DNA from: Eledone cirrhosa | Taxonomy: Eukaryota | Assembly: GCA_964016885.1 (NCBI GenBank) | Contig: OZ024740.1 | Span: 302,312,001 to 302,376,000, forward strand | Reading direction: 5' to 3' | DNA length: 64,000 nt | In this document: piece after piece, positions 1 through 13,992 of the stretch | How the letters are laid out: each line of letters begins with the position of its first letter | How positions within the stretch are numbered: position 1 is the stretch's first letter | Made by a program: the position numbers and the translations under genes | The notes under the pieces: model-generated | Told to the model about the DNA's origin: nothing | The model's database searches: none | The model's input: only the letters and a program-made list of their open reading frames with translations

Positions 1-290
1 CTGACTTTATCACACAGCATGTATTTCATTTTCTTATAGCATTTCAGGAAGGTCCGTCGAGCTGCGGATTATTGAGTCGGATAAGATCGATATAGATCGA
101 ACCTTGAGCTGATCAGTGGCGAAACGCGCGTCACCTATCAATAAATGCAATGAAGGAATAATCAATCGTCCTTTTATCCTTTCTATATATTACACTCTGT
201 ATAGCTCTACACATCATCACAGAAGTGAACATAAACATCGAGTGCTCATCCGGGTGAACCTGCAGTAACTCCTAGTTACACCCACTGGGT
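1..290 (+). mobile_element. 3' end of a PLE-like element with a degenerate minimal hammerhead, ending at (TA)n
   Basis: CTGATCA-GTGGC-GAAAC-GCGC-GTC at 109-132 (hammerhead-like core with palindromic helix-III loop), AATAAA at 140-145, then ends at the TA tract starting ~290. Confidence 0.45.
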
Positions 291-301
291 ATATATATAT
301 A

Positions 302-590
302 TATTTATTTAGGTTTGTTGGTTCACCACCGGATAGAATTGGTCATTCCGTATGATCAATCGTGATGTAATATTATGGAAAGTACTCAACGTAGTGCAGT
401 TCACCCGTATTCGTTTGTGTAGTTGGTGGTGCTAATACGGAATAATTAACTCCGTATTCGCACCACCAACTACACAAACGAATACGGGTGAACTGCACTA
501 CGTTGAGTACTTTCCATAATATTACATCACGATTGACCATACGGAATGACCAATTCTATGCGGTGGTGAACCAACAAACCTAAATAAATA
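302..590. repeat. Near-perfect foldback palindrome, ~140-bp arms with a 9-nt loop
   Basis: 302-441 is the reverse complement of 451-590 with few mismatches; loop ATAATTAAC; begins directly after (TA)n. Confidence 0.95.
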
Positions 591-2304
591 ATGCTCCGAT
601 AATGTTGAGCGCTTTCAGATGTAATATTGAATAGCGGCAGTGACTTCAGTGTACAGCTATTGCCAGCATGGGATTAACTGATCTAATTACCATTCGGATT
701 TTGGTTGCTCTGTGGTTTGTCTACCGCCCACCCGATCCAATGCTGCTTCCTTGTCGGGAATAATCGGAATCCGACAAAATTCTACGTATTATACTTAAAC
801 ATGTATTGTATTGACTGAACTCTCTACTCTATACTTCAGGACTTTTTGTGACCCACACTGAGTTCTGGGACCCGAACTTACACTATGTACCACCTGATAC
901 CATTCCACCTCTTCCATCCTCTATATCTATATGTATAACCTTGTATTATCTTACTGCAACTTCATCTATTTTGTATTTCCCCGTTGATTTGATTCCTCCG
1001 GTATGTTCTTATATACTTCCTCCGTCTCACTACATCACTACTCTAGCTATGACGGCGTTTTATTTATTTATGTATTTTACTTTTTACTTTATTAATGTAT
1101 CTTTGTATCCTGCTTTTATTTATTTGTGATTTTCTGCTTATTATTCCTTACTCAGGTCTTTATGCACCTTTCATAGTTCCCTACCCACCAAAGAACCACA
1201 CTACTTATAACCTGGACTAACTGGGACTTAAACATAATTATAGTCTATTTCCATTGGGTTTTACCACTTTCGACTGATGAGGTGGCTTCCCGGTTGTGCG
1301 CCGGGCGCTCGGAAAGTTCAGCCTTCCTTGAGTGCTTGGAAAAATAAATTTCCCCTCTTTCGGTAAATGATATTACTCGGAACGGTTGGATTTGCCCCGG
1401 GGCCCGCCGCGCCGCCTGTTTTGACCTCCATATTATACTTATACCTATAAACTCTGGGCTTAGGCATAACTGTTAGCTGTATCATGCCTCCCTCTACTAG
1501 CACGTAAATAAACCCCTCCTGTTTGAATTAATAGTATTCGTTTGGTATAGACGATGGCCTGTCGAAGATGGTAGACTTCCCGCTAACACACCCGAAGCCT
1601 ATGGCAGTCACGTTCCTAGAGTACTCGGAAAAATTAATTTCCATTTCTTTCGCTAGACGATACCACTCGAAACTGGCTGACACGTGGTTAGGAGGTGCTG
1701 GCTGGGATTTACGATCGAAGGCTTTAATCTTTACTCTATATCCCACCTTGATAACTTATAGGGATTCCCAATAATACACTTAAACTTTTTCATATAAGAC
1801 TCTCTCTGTAATTTCATTAAATATATCCCGCAACACAAACCTTTAATTTTCTATTAATTTTCTAATTATTTTTAAAATTTCTTTTAACTCATAATTTTTT
1901 TAACTTTTAATTTATTTTAATTTAATTTCATCCTTTAACTCTTAACATAAGTTAACGTTCCAATTTTCTGTTCACACATTTGACCATACAGACACCTATT
2001 ATATATGCCTTTGTTAAAATATAGGTTCTCTGGAATAACATTTTTCGCGGCGTTTTCTTGCCTGACTATAGTGTGACCCTTACGCTGACTTTTCTTCTTT
2101 CTTTCTTCTCTTTTTTTATTCTCTGACGGAGAGGTGGTAGTACACTATAAGCCTTCGCCTCTTCACCAGATGGTCATTAGTAGACCGAATAGCCATCACT
2201 TGAGGGCGACTGACCGAGGTGAAAACAGCTAGTTGGTCAGTTGTCCTCTCTGTCACTGATTTTCGGACCCATGGATTTTTATATATTCCTTTGTTATATT
2301 TCGA

Positions 2305-2362
2305 ATACCTGATGATATCACCGGATTCATACGGAACCCGGTCATTGAAATGATCAGAGTAT
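2305..2362 (+). ncRNA. Candidate degenerate type-I hammerhead ribozyme
   Basis: CTGATGA (2309-2315), stem ACCGG...CCGGT, GAAA-TGATC, then AATAAA 2363-2368 and (TA)n at ~2417; helix I is imperfect. Confidence 0.4.
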
Positions 2363-2446
2363 AATAAACTTTTCAAGGATTTACACCAGTCCCGCCTCCT
2401 GTTATTTAATTCATAATTATATATATATATATATATATATTAATAA

Positions 2447-3925
2447 TTAACGGCTTTTTAGCCCACCCAATGGTCTAAAATATCTTGCACAGAGTTGACA
2501 ACCATGATAAAAACATTCACTGGCAACAGCCGGCTGTGGTTGGTCGTCATGTACTTTTGCATGTCGTTTGAGCACTCCTGCTGATCTACACTCTTTTCCA
2601 CATGCTTGACAAGTATGATGAGTAGCATCTCCAACAGCAGCCTGGAAGTCAACCACTGGTCTTACTTCATGACTGCGAAGATGACTTTTCAGTCCAGCTT
2701 TGCTGAGGCAGAGTCTTACACAGATACTGCATGTCAGCGGCATAGGAGGACATTTGCTGTCTGGAAATCTAATAGCCATTCCTTTCCTGACATCCTTTTT
2801 ACTTTCTCGTATGTAATTCGAGATGCTTCAAAAGCAACTTTCCCATCATGCACAATCTTTCTCCATTTACTACGATCAGCAGCTACACTTTCCCATGTAT
2901 CAGCATACGAATCCTTATACCACTTTTTTTGGTTTATATGGAGGTCGTTTTCCTTTAGCTAACTCTCCATACAAGAGTTGTTTTGGTATACTACAATCCT
3001 CCATCCTGGCTAGGTGACCACTCCATCTGAGTCTAAGCTTAAGCACAAGAGCTTCTATACTGTCACACATATAGCTTTCCAAAATCTCGACATCACTGAT
3101 GTGGTCCCTCCAGTGAACGCTATGGATCCGTCGGACACATATCTGATAGAAATGTTCGAACTGCTTAAGGTGGTGTCGATATGTGACCCAGGTCTCGCAT
3201 ATATAAAGAAGAGACGAGTGCACACATGCCTTGTAAACCTTTACCTTTGTCTTCTTGCATATGTCCCACCGATCCCAGAGGCACCTTTCTAGCTTTCCGA
3301 AAGCATCACTTGCTTTCCTAATCATATGTGAAATTTCATTATCGAGTTTGTTGTATCATTGACAGTACTTCCCAGGTAGACAAACTGATCAACCACTCCA
3401 AGTCGTTTACCATGCACATATAAATCTCTGTGTGCGCTACAAGACCACAATCATCTGCATACAAAAGGTCTCATATGATAGAGGTAAATAATTTTTGTCT
3501 TTGCAGCAAAGCACTTGATGTTAAATATGCTGCCAGATGCTCGATAGTAGATGTAAACACCATGCTTGCAACACCTGAATGCAATATAGAAAACCATCGC
3601 AAAGTATATGGCAAATAGGGTCGGAACATCCCTGTTTCACTCCATTTTTCACTGAGATAGGCTCTGACATGTTATCTCTGACATTAACCCAAGTCTTCAC
3701 GTCATGCTATCATGGAAAGACCTAACCAAAGCAACCACGTTTTTGGGGAACCTTCCACAATACATTTCAGTTAACTGTATCGAGGGCTTTTGTCAAATCG
3801 ACAGAAACCTGATACAGATCCAAACCCTGTTCCACGCACTTCTCCTGAAGCTGTCCTGCTGAGAAGATCATATCAGTAATGCTACGACCAGCACGAAAAC
3901 CAGATTCACTTTCAGGAAGATTTCA
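2447..3925 (-). pseudogene. RTE-clade (BovB-like) LINE, decayed RT and C-terminal part with C2H2 zinc fingers
   Basis: ORF 2915-3325 KVKVYKACV..SLLY.CETW..Y, LRWSGHLARMED..IPKQLLYGEL..GKR; ORF 2447-2779 CSIC..HLRSH, CQAC..HAKVH; ESGFRAGRS..DMIF readable near 3870-3910. Confidence 0.85.
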
Positions 3926-5256
3926 CAGTGAAAAAACGTGCTAAATATAATTACTGATGATTTCATACGAATGAAAAAATCCTAGTCTTGTAGAAGCCAT
4001 TCTACATTAAATAATATTATGGGTGGTAAATGGGGTCTTGGATGTGTGTGTGTGTGTGTATCTGTGTCTTTATGAAATATGCTTCATTGAGGACAACTAA
4101 TAATATCAAATTATATCGGTTGCCTTCACCAATTTTGCCTTGTAGACATAGAGTAGTTCCACTGAATTGTCTTAAGAAGCTTGGATCATCCAAGTATATG
4201 GAAGTTATATTCCTTGTTTGCTTCAGAGATCAAACAACCTTAAAGGCATTTTCTGTGTCAATATCTTCTTTTCTACTAATTAAGGAATATATGCTGTGAA
4301 ACAAGCAACTTCTCATTAAAAAAATACACAAAAAATCTATTATGTATTTGTCACCGGAGAAACAATGATAATATAGCTAGGAATGTGTACCAACAGATAG
4401 TATCGACACTGAAAGGACTAATGGAGACGTAGTTTTTTTGTTTGTTTTTTTGTACCGTCTGACAATCAGCTATTTCATTTCAACTTGAAGGGTGAACAGA
4501 TATGCAATACAGCAGCGAAATGGAACATATTGAAGAAAATATATATATAGATATGTATGTGTGAGTGTGTGTGTGTTTTTGATTGTGTTTATGTGTGTTT
4601 GTACGTGTTTGTTGCTGTGTGTATGTTTGTTTATGTGTGTGTGTGTATGTTAGTAGGTATATGTGTATGCATGTATTTATTAGTGTTTGTTAGTGTGTGT
4701 GTGTGTGTTTGTACAAGCCACAGATTTTCCATCATCATTACTTCAAATGCCTGCCTTAATTACCAGACGTTATACAGCTCTACATTTACCAGACGTTATA
4801 CAGCTCTACATTTCCGTTTTTGTTGGTGTGCATACATTTTAGATGGTGGGAATATGTTATCTACTCTTAAGTGTGCAATAAAATATGTAGAAGCCCAAGA
4901 AAAATAAAATAAAAATTCCGAAATAGATGAAGATTTGAAATGTAAAGGGAGAATAACAGAATAAGAGTAAATAATTTTGAAAAATATTCACATTGAAAAT
5001 AGAAAAGAAAAATATAAAGAAAGGAACGCAGCCACCTCTTCGCGTTAAATAGTGGAAAGAGAGCGCGCGCGTGTGTACATGTGTGTGTTTGTATGTGTGT
5101 ATGTGTAAACGTGCATGTGTGTGTATGTATGAGTGTGTACTTTACTATTACCCGAAATCATCTGACTAGTGTTCAAATCTACATCATTTCATGGCATTGA
5201 AGATTTGGAAGGGAGGTTAAGGTATTATTATCATTCCTTATATATACACATATATA

Positions 5257-5319
<63 letters not shown>

Positions 5320-6115
5320 CAGGTAACGCAAATATGGGTAAATTGGTATTAAAATAATTCTTGCAATTTAAGAACAGGAGATGTATATACATTGAATTTA
5401 TCTTAAATTATCTAGTTCACGTTGTGCTGTACGAATATAATAATTTCATTTATGACAAAAGCATTATTTTGTGAAACGAAAGCATGCTATGCAAATTAGA
5501 TTTCCTTTTTAAGTTCAATACTACATTCTGTATAACAGAAAGAGCAACTGCTGTAAGTTTGCTTTGATGGCCGAGTCAAAATTGGATAACTTAGAATAAT
5601 CTGGTGGATTCTTCATGTGCCCACATAGAATGATAGTAGTATTTTTACACTTCTTCATTTTCATGTTGCGGCTAAAACGTATTATAGTCATATCTATTTA
5701 TCTATTTATATGTATGTATGTGTGTGTGCATCGGTGTGTATGTGTATATGTTTGTGTGGCGATGTTGTGTGGGGATGTTTGAACTTAAGTATGTAAGGAG
5801 GTATCTATGTATTTATCCGTTTGTCTATCTATCTATGTATCTATTCTTTAGTAAATTCTGGGAATTTCTGATCAGTCTATGTAAATCCACGTAAATACTT
5901 ACGAGGCATTTCAAGATACTTTTCTTGGTAAGGGAGTCTGATGGCAGTGACAGATTTCTTGTTGTCTCAAGATCTTCGAGACGGAAGTGATAGTTGCTAT
6001 TGATGATCGATTAAACTGAGGCAAATCGATTTTATTCAGAAAGGAGATGGATATTCGGAGAGCAAGAGTTATTGGCCGAAACAACTGAGCACAATGATTA
6101 GTGTAGTGCATTAGT

Positions 6116-6385
6116 GGAGGCACGTGGCCTAATGGTAAAGGTGTTCGTCTTTTGATCATAATGTAGTGGGTTCGATTCCTGGACTGAGTTGGGTGTTATG
6201 TTTATGAGCCAAAAATTTCATTTCACGTTACGCCAGTATGTTCTGCTATAACATGAATAGCTGCAATAGCTGGGGGTTTAAACCTGTGATGGACTGGCGT
6301 CCTGTCCAGGGAGAGTATCGTACTCTCAGTTTCTTCACGTACGCCACGAAACCGGGATAAGCACCGGTCTGAGGCAGACATAAGT
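6116..6385 (+). mobile_element. tRNA-derived SINE (family S1)
   Basis: Box A TGGCCTAATGG, box B GGTTCGATTCC, followed by the conserved TGAGC..AA..TT.ATTTCACGTT segment shared with the copies at 24946, 45748 and 55410. Confidence 0.7.
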
Positions 6386-7989
6386 TTTAAAGTGCATTAG
6401 TGGGGAGGCAAAATGACTGATGAAATAAGGAGAGACGAAAGATTCGGAAGTGCTTGGGTGATTGTGAAATGGAGACAGCTCCGATGGTTACAGAAAAGAC
6501 AGTGGGTGGAAACATTAGTATGTGGGTCAGGATTTTTAGTGTGCCTGGGTGATTTTATGCCAATTTCTCGCGTTCATATTTGGATTAATAAAACCTGATG
6601 GTGTCTGAAATAATTCTTATGTAATTTTTCTTTGTGAGAAGATGTACATAACATGACCTTCTCACAAAATTGGAAATGATAGACTGCTGACAACTACATT
6701 AACCTCTTCCTGATTACAGAAGTAGACATAATGGAATACTCATGAAAATCCTTGAAATTAGAACTGAATACTGCTGTTTTATTCCTATTTATATTAACGT
6801 ATATAAAAATAAATATTTAATAAGTTGTGGGTGTTAATTTGTTGCTGAGCCAAGCTTACAAGTATTAAAATAACTCATCGTTACAATACTAACAGCTAAC
6901 ACGTTTTCTTTTTTCTACAAACCTTATACTATCACGCCGTACTGCCTAGCTAACACTTTATTTCTTCAGAACATTTCTTTCTAACCATAGATCCCATCAA
7001 TTATTAAACGTCAAAATAAAATAAAAGCATAAATTGCTTCAACCACCTCTGATCATCCCAGTTCCCCTCTCCAGGAGGTCGTCTATAGAGTGATGGGAAT
7101 TTACCTTTCTCTAGAGAGCTGGTAATAAAAATAAACAAAAATCGATAAGTAAACAAGTCTTATATTAAGCCTCTGAACTGTAACTTTGTTGTCATTCATG
7201 TTTCCAACAGGAACCATCTAAGTGAAGATCATCACAGCTGTAAAATAAATGAACCTTGATGAACAGCTGGAATACGAGTATCTACAGAAAAGGAAAACGT
7301 GAGACAGTCGCTAATAGCGACTAGGCATGCACACTAGAGTGATCCTACTCACTGAAACTGGCAGGCTGCCATTTTCACTTCTAGTTATGAAGGCTTCAAG
7401 CACAAATTACAATCATGTAAAACATACGTTAATGTAAATAGCGTAACTCTATTTTTCTGTATATTTTTTGCAAATAGAGAAATAACAGCAATGTAAATTT
7501 TAGTAAAAATTTGAATTTTCTCAATGGTATAACCTTCTATACAACCAAAGTACATGAAAATTGTTCAGCATCAAATGTGTACAAAATGGTAATCTATATT
7601 GCCAATTTGAATTCGAGTGACACGGTAATATTGACAATATTAATATAGTGGATTACCGTCAGGCTCCCTATATCACCTTCTTCTTACTAGCGGCAAGTAA
7701 CAGAGCCATTACTGCATCGGATTAAATCTCTCGGTATTTGATCCAACTGTCTAACTCCTGAGTTCAAATCATACAGATGGCAAATTTGCTTTTCATCATT
7801 TCTGGTTCTTCTTCTTCACCCACATACTGCTGGGAAGGTGATGGGAGTAAATACTCAAAGTCCTGAAATACTCCTTCCAGTGGGTCTGGTCAGAGGCAAC
7901 CGTCCCCTGAGCGAGACAAGCCGAGTACGTGGGTTTTATACAAGTACTTTCCTCGGGGTATACCATTTTGTTTTGACCTTGAAATATTT

Positions 7990-8890
7990 TCAGCGATTCT
8001 TTCTTAAGATATTCTAACCTAATGCCTGTAATGTCGGAGCTGCAATCTCTTAATTCAGGGAAGTAGCGTCTCTACCTAGAGAAACTCACTGATCTACGAA
8101 ATACATATTCTCTTGAGTAACCTTAATCTAATGACCCGTTGGAGGAAGCCCGTTCCGGCTGCTTGTATTCGTGATCATTTTATTTCGGTCATTACGCAAG
8201 ATTTATGACCATAGGTAAATGTTGGAACGAATACCGAATTGAAGATACTGAGTTTCGCTTTTACACATACCCCTTTCCTTCTGATTAACGGATGCTGAAA
8301 CTGTCGTTTTACTGCATCAACTCCAACAATTATTGAACTTAATTCAGCCCCCTCTGTCTATCACTTGTGAACACGGACTAGACTTATTTGAACTCCTCTA
8401 CCTGCTTCAGTCGAACACCATTCATACATAGAGGGCACTGCACAGGCTTCCATGAGGGGGACGAGTGTCTCAGACTTTACTGCGCTGATCTTCATTCTTC
8501 TGCGGGAATATCGATCCTGTACTCCTGCAGAACCTTCCACAGCAGATGCCCTGAAACGTGATCATGTGCCTTTTCAAGACATACAAAGTAATAATATACC
8601 TCTTGGCAGCACTCCCACGATTTCTCAAATTCTTTCTACAGTTTAAATATTTGATTGGCTATGCTGCGAAAAGCAGGCTGTTCTCCAGTCCTCCTGAACT
8701 CGACAATCTTCCTATATCTCTTTGCCAAAGATTTAGCATCGACTTTACCGAGCAGCCTTAACAAGGAATTCGCTCTATAATTGGAGCAATCTCTAATATC
8801 TCCCCTTTTGAAAATGTGGATTATCAATCCCGAATGCCATTGCTTAGGTACCTTTCCAAAGATCCAGACCACGCGGTACACATAAGTCAG
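7990..8890 (-). pseudogene. Decayed RTE/RTE-X-like LINE reverse transcriptase fragment
   Basis: ORF 8636-8881 VPKQW..GLIIHIFKRGD..DCSNYR..SLL..GKV; downstream TYGH..VMT..SRIQAA..GFL matches the 35095-35400 fragment. Confidence 0.75.
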
Positions 8891-9374
8891 CCAGAAAACA
8901 AAAATAAAATACTGGTTCGTGGGAGGTGGATTGGTGGCATTGTTAAAGCTTTTTACCTACTCCAGCTCTGTGAATTTTAAGGCAAATTTCATTCTCTTCT
9001 CAACGAAAAACCTGTTATATATCTGCCAAGAAATGCGACTGACAGATAGTGTAAGCACTGGTATGACTAACGGAAACGTAGTTTCATTGGCTACATGTGA
9101 TGGTCATCTTTTTCTTTTGTTCAATCATGAAACGTCATATGTCACTTACTACCTTATACATCATATAAAATCACATTATAAAAATATATATAATGAATGG
9201 CTCCTTAAAAAGGTTATTTTCACATAAGCAATACATAGGTTACAAATTATAAGTGACACTACCACATAAGGGTAGAATACAAATGTTAACTTAACTGCAG
9301 TGGTTCTCTTGGTGGTAATCTATATAAATACTGCCGTTTTAAGGGAGGGAAAGTCGGTTGAATCGACCACAGTA

Positions 9375-9510
9375 TATTACTGGAGCTTTTTCTTTATCGA
9401 TCCCGTAAGTATGAAAGGCAAAGCTAACCTCGGCGGGATTTGAACTCAGAACGACGCCGAGTTTAGCTTTGCCTTTCATCCTGTGTGGTTGATAAAATAT
9501 GCACCCGTAA
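9375..9510. mobile_element. Two SINE family S2 fragments in opposite orientation
   Basis: ATGAAAGGCAAAGCTAACCTCGGCG...TTTGAACTCAG followed by CGCCGAG.TTAGCTTTGCCTTTCAT. Confidence 0.65.
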
Positions 9511-10696
9511 TATACTGTGTTGCTGATAATAATATCTCATAATTAGCATGTACCCTCAAATAACACGTGTTTCTTACATTGAAATCAACAATATAGTCAT
9601 CGCTTAATATATTTTGTCACTTTGAATAAGTAGTGCAGGGGAAGAAACTTCTGTATTTATATTTACTTTATAGTCCGTTTATGATTTGAGTTTTGATTCG
9701 ATATATGTTACTCCTTGCCTACATAGCTGTGAGTAAGAAGTACCATTAAACATCATCATTATATGTTGCGTCTAATGTTGCTTTTCTTTAAACTCAGACT
9801 AGCTCTGGTCGACCCAGCCTATTATCAAAAACGTACCAGCCTTGAACAACCCATCGCTTTTTAAGACAGAGTCTTTATATCCAGTAATACTATTGAAACA
9901 ATCCTTTTCTTTTAAGACGACAGAATGTGAATTAAAATAGGTATCCATGCTATTTCTAATAGGCAACCGAACATTTTGAGGCAATCACTTTGGCTTGTCA
10001 AGTTTACATTTATAATAAGAATAGAATAGCTGGAAGTTTAGAGAACTGAACTAAAGGATTTTCACTATAGAGTTCCGATAACCAAGGTTTTGAATGCAAA
10101 TACAATTTTATAATGATGTTGCCTGCACTCGCTTTAATTTTAGTAATATAAATAAGTACCAGTTATATACAGTAGATGCTCTATTTGATATAACCCACCC
10201 CACCCTGGAATATTTAGCACTGGCTGATAGACGACCTCATAATTGCATGTATATACGTAAGTGTAAGAAATAAAGGGCAATGTTAAAACATCTGAAAAAT
10301 CTGATTTTTTTGTTTATAACCGTTAAGTGTCTCGCTTGAGAATCAAAACCATGTAGTCTTCTTTTATAGGTGTAAAAGAACCTGAACTGCAATGTTAGAG
10401 AAGTTTAATAATGCTAAGCAGTTTTAATTGAAACATTGATGCCCACCGAAGATACGTTCAACTATATAACTAATACAAACTTAATAGTGGTAGTTTTGTA
10501 AACAGTTAAATTTCTTTTATATATTTTTCGGGTTCTTTCGATCAATTAATTTCACTGTTGATTAAATTATTATGTCAAATTTCAATATAGCCATGCATTA
10601 GCCTATCTTATTGTGTATATTTAAACGGTTCGGCTGTTAATGTTTATCTATTCATATGCATATAGGTGATAATGTTTATGTATGAATGTGTATATA

Positions 10697-10850
10697 GGCG
10701 GCGAATTGGCAGCGTCGTTAGAACGTCGGATAGAATGCTTTGCGGTATCCGTTTCGAAACTCTGTTCTCTGAGTTCAAATCTCGCTGACGTAAACTTTGA
10801 TTTGCATCGATTTGCAGTTGATAAATAAAAGTGCTAGTCAAGTAGTGTGG
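10697..10850 (+). mobile_element. tRNA-derived SINE (family S2), diverged
   Basis: GGCGGCGAATTGGCAG..TCGTTAG..CGTCGG head, GAGTTCAAATC box B, GATAAATAAAAGT body. Confidence 0.65.
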
Positions 10851-11048
10851 TCGATTCTTCCTCTATATCACTTTCTCACTTCCATTACCTCATGTTCTGT
10901 CCTTCTATGGAAGGAATCTGCTGTGCTCAGACCTGAAGATGAGATGGAGTCCTGCAGGTATAAAAATGCCCTAGAAACGCAGTATGTCAAAACGTCTGGA
11001 GTTACGGGACCTTGCATGAATGCATATGTATTGATTGATTGATTCATT

Positions 11049-11091
<43 letters not shown>

Positions 11092-11135
11092 GCACATTTG
11101 GGAAATTATAAAACCAGAAGAACATCCATACATAA

Positions 11136-13446
11136 TACATGATGGCTAAATTTCGATTGTCAGTAATGCTATCGGTTCTTACTTTAGCATGAGCAGCTCA
11201 TTTTTGCGGGACCCAAAAAACACGTCCATACTGTTGAGAGGACATGCCTTAGTCCTATGGACTTGCACACTCTTGCACAGACGTTTGAACGATGTCTCAC
11301 GCAGTAGGTGCTACAATGTGGTATTGCATTTTGGGCCTATGGCCAGCCATATCCATGAAACATATCAAGCAATGCCATTGCAATCCCACTCTCTGAACAT
11401 AGAATGTTATAAACCCAAAAGTAAAACTGATCTAACTCATTGGATGAATACCAAGTCGGAGGTTTTTTCATCAGAGTGATCTTCTGTTAGAGAGATGTCT
11501 TAATGAAGGCTAGAGTCTTTCACTCCATTGCTCCCCTCAAAGAAGAAAGCTCTTCAGCGCTACCTGATAACGTAACCCAGTACTATCTGACAAACATGTC
11601 ACTGCAACGAAGTTTAACTAGTCAACTTGGACTTTACCATCATGTGCTCCTAGGTCCTAGGTGTGACTTCAAGCCAGCGTTCTAAACCGACATCTTAGGA
11701 AACACAGAAGAATGAGTCGAACAGTAATATTGATGAACCAACGCTGTATAAGATTCATCAATATTACTGTTCGTCTCATTCTTCTCCATACATACATGCG
11801 AAAGTACGTACATACATACATAATGGCTGCAAACTTTGCTAAGAGTATTGCAATCGCTTGTCAGACTACAGAAAAGGGTGCACTTTTAGGCTACGGCCAG
11901 CCACACGAACCTGTAACGAGCCTGTGCTTTGTAGGTTTTTTTAAGTGGGGAAAGGCCTTGCATTAGATCATTCCTACTCCCTGAGCATCGAAAACACTAC
12001 CGAAAAGAACTGGTCAACATCATCGGATGCTTTCGAAGCCGCAGGTTTTTTTTTTTTAGTACCCTCTCTTAGAAAGGTGTTGTAACTGGGGGCCTTTCAC
12101 TCACATTTGGATGGCCGTTAACTCTCCGAGTCCCTCCGCCCTTTGACGGGTCTTGTAATTCATCCCACAAGGTTTCCACATATCACCCTCCTTGCCGAAC
12201 AAGCTTAGTGGAGTTGCCGGTTTTGTCGGCGACGCCCCGACGATACATATGTACATATATTCACACATACCGTTATGTGTCCATAACATAACAGAGTGGG
12301 ACAACATCGCCATCCTATTCAATAGGAGCAGCTCCAATATATACAGCTACAACATTGATGACTCTATCATTGCCACATCAGTTGCCATTAAATCATTTAA
12401 CCGTACTATCTCATTTATCAAAAATATTTACCATGAACTATAATTTACCTCCGTTATTGCCGACACCTCCATCAGCTTTATTGACGAATTAATCGATATA
12501 AAATCATCCACTGCTACAACCACATTTCTACTGCTAACCAATTACAAAATCATATGATCATATGATAGAAATATCAGCCAAAACCTTATTAAAATGTACC
12601 TCAACGCATTGAAAAGATGGCGAGGACAAATTTGATAATGTAGTCATAAAAACACAATGCCCGAGAGAAGAATTGAATGATCATGGATGGAATACATTTG
12701 ATTATAATTGTGATTACCCAGGTGTGGCGGTAAACCAGAACTATCAGACGAGCAACCACGCTCTTACTAAACACGCACACACACACTCACACATCTTTAC
12801 ACACTCACTACTTGCATACATATATACATATATACATACATGCATGCATGCATAGGCACATACATACATACATGGTGGCTGCCAACTCGTTTTCGAGTAC
12901 GACCACTACTTTATATCCATGTAGGAGAACCCCTACCGATGCGCTGAATGAGTGTGACTTTTTAGTCCAGCCAGCGACTTGAACACTCTGGTACAAACAC
13001 TACACTTGTGACAATTATTGACACATAGTGCTGGGCCCATGGTACCATGTGACGACAAGTGCAGAGAGATCTCCAGATATAAAGCAATGCCTGTGCCGTG
13101 AAGCTTTTATAGTGAGCAAAGGCACTTCACAAAGCCAGTCCCACTCTCTTAACCAAGATGATATTTACCAAAAAGAAGAACAAGTCAACATCATTGGATA
13201 CCATCAGGGTTGCAGGTGTTATATCATAATTTCCTTCTCCTAGAATTCTGCCTTGACAAAGGCTAATGGGTCATCTCTCCCGGTGATTTTGGATGGCCAT
13301 TGACTCTTAAGAGCACCTTTGCCCTTTGACAGGTTTTGTTTTTAGTCCTGCAGGATGTCCAAAGTCACCCTCCTCACCAAGAAACCTTGGTGGGATTGCT
13401 AGTTTAGTCGCCAATGACCCGACCATGAGACAGGTTGTACTGGGAT
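11136..13446. mobile_element. Cluster of three related non-coding repeats, each starting directly after a (CATA)n stretch
   Basis: Units begin CATACAT..TGGCT at ~11136, ~11820 and ~12870; 12060-12245 aligns by eye with 13230-13446 (TTGGATGGCC.TT.ACTCT..GCCCTTTGAC.GG..TCACCCTCC); the 11136 and 12870 units share TTAGTCC..GACTTG.ACACTCT and GGGCC.ATGG. Confidence 0.5.
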
Positions 13447-13992
13447 ACATGCATACATACATACATACGGAATTGAGTGATACTACAAATACAGCCCTTG
13501 TAGACAACCACCCCACCTCCACTGACAGACAAAGAGAATGGCCAGCTAAATCTAACAGTGAACAGCTCACCAACAGTTTTGCTGAAATCCATCCCTCTTC
13601 CACTGAAGAACAGCGAGAAAGGTGAGCTAACTCTAGTAGTAATTGTCACCACATCAACAACGAGGCTGAAATTCATGACTCTACTGAACAAACAGAGCAC
13701 CAAAAACTTGTGGACACCCTACAAGTGATATGGAACGATATGTTTCAAGAGATACACAGCCTTAATGTGAGTGACAGACCATACAACACCAGAATCCGTA
13801 AAGAACCCACTAAATTGGAATTGGAAGCGGTGAACGAAATAGCTGGCAATTATCTGAAGGCTATACGATCTAAAGTGTAGAAACGACATTTGAAACGCTT
13901 AATGTTTTGTTATATGTTTCAGCTGTCACATTGCTATCATATAACACACATCTAAACCACGCAATCAAGATACAAACAGAAAGCCTGAACCA

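Noticed and set aside
1274-1700. CTGATGA at 1274 paired with a distant CGAAAC at ~1668 as a giant hammerhead
   Set aside because: Stem II pairing is imperfect and no helix I/III could be built.
10926-11001. CTGAAGA...GAAAC..GTC hammerhead-like string
   Set aside because: Stem II is weak and helix I is offset by 5 nt; at best a decayed relic.
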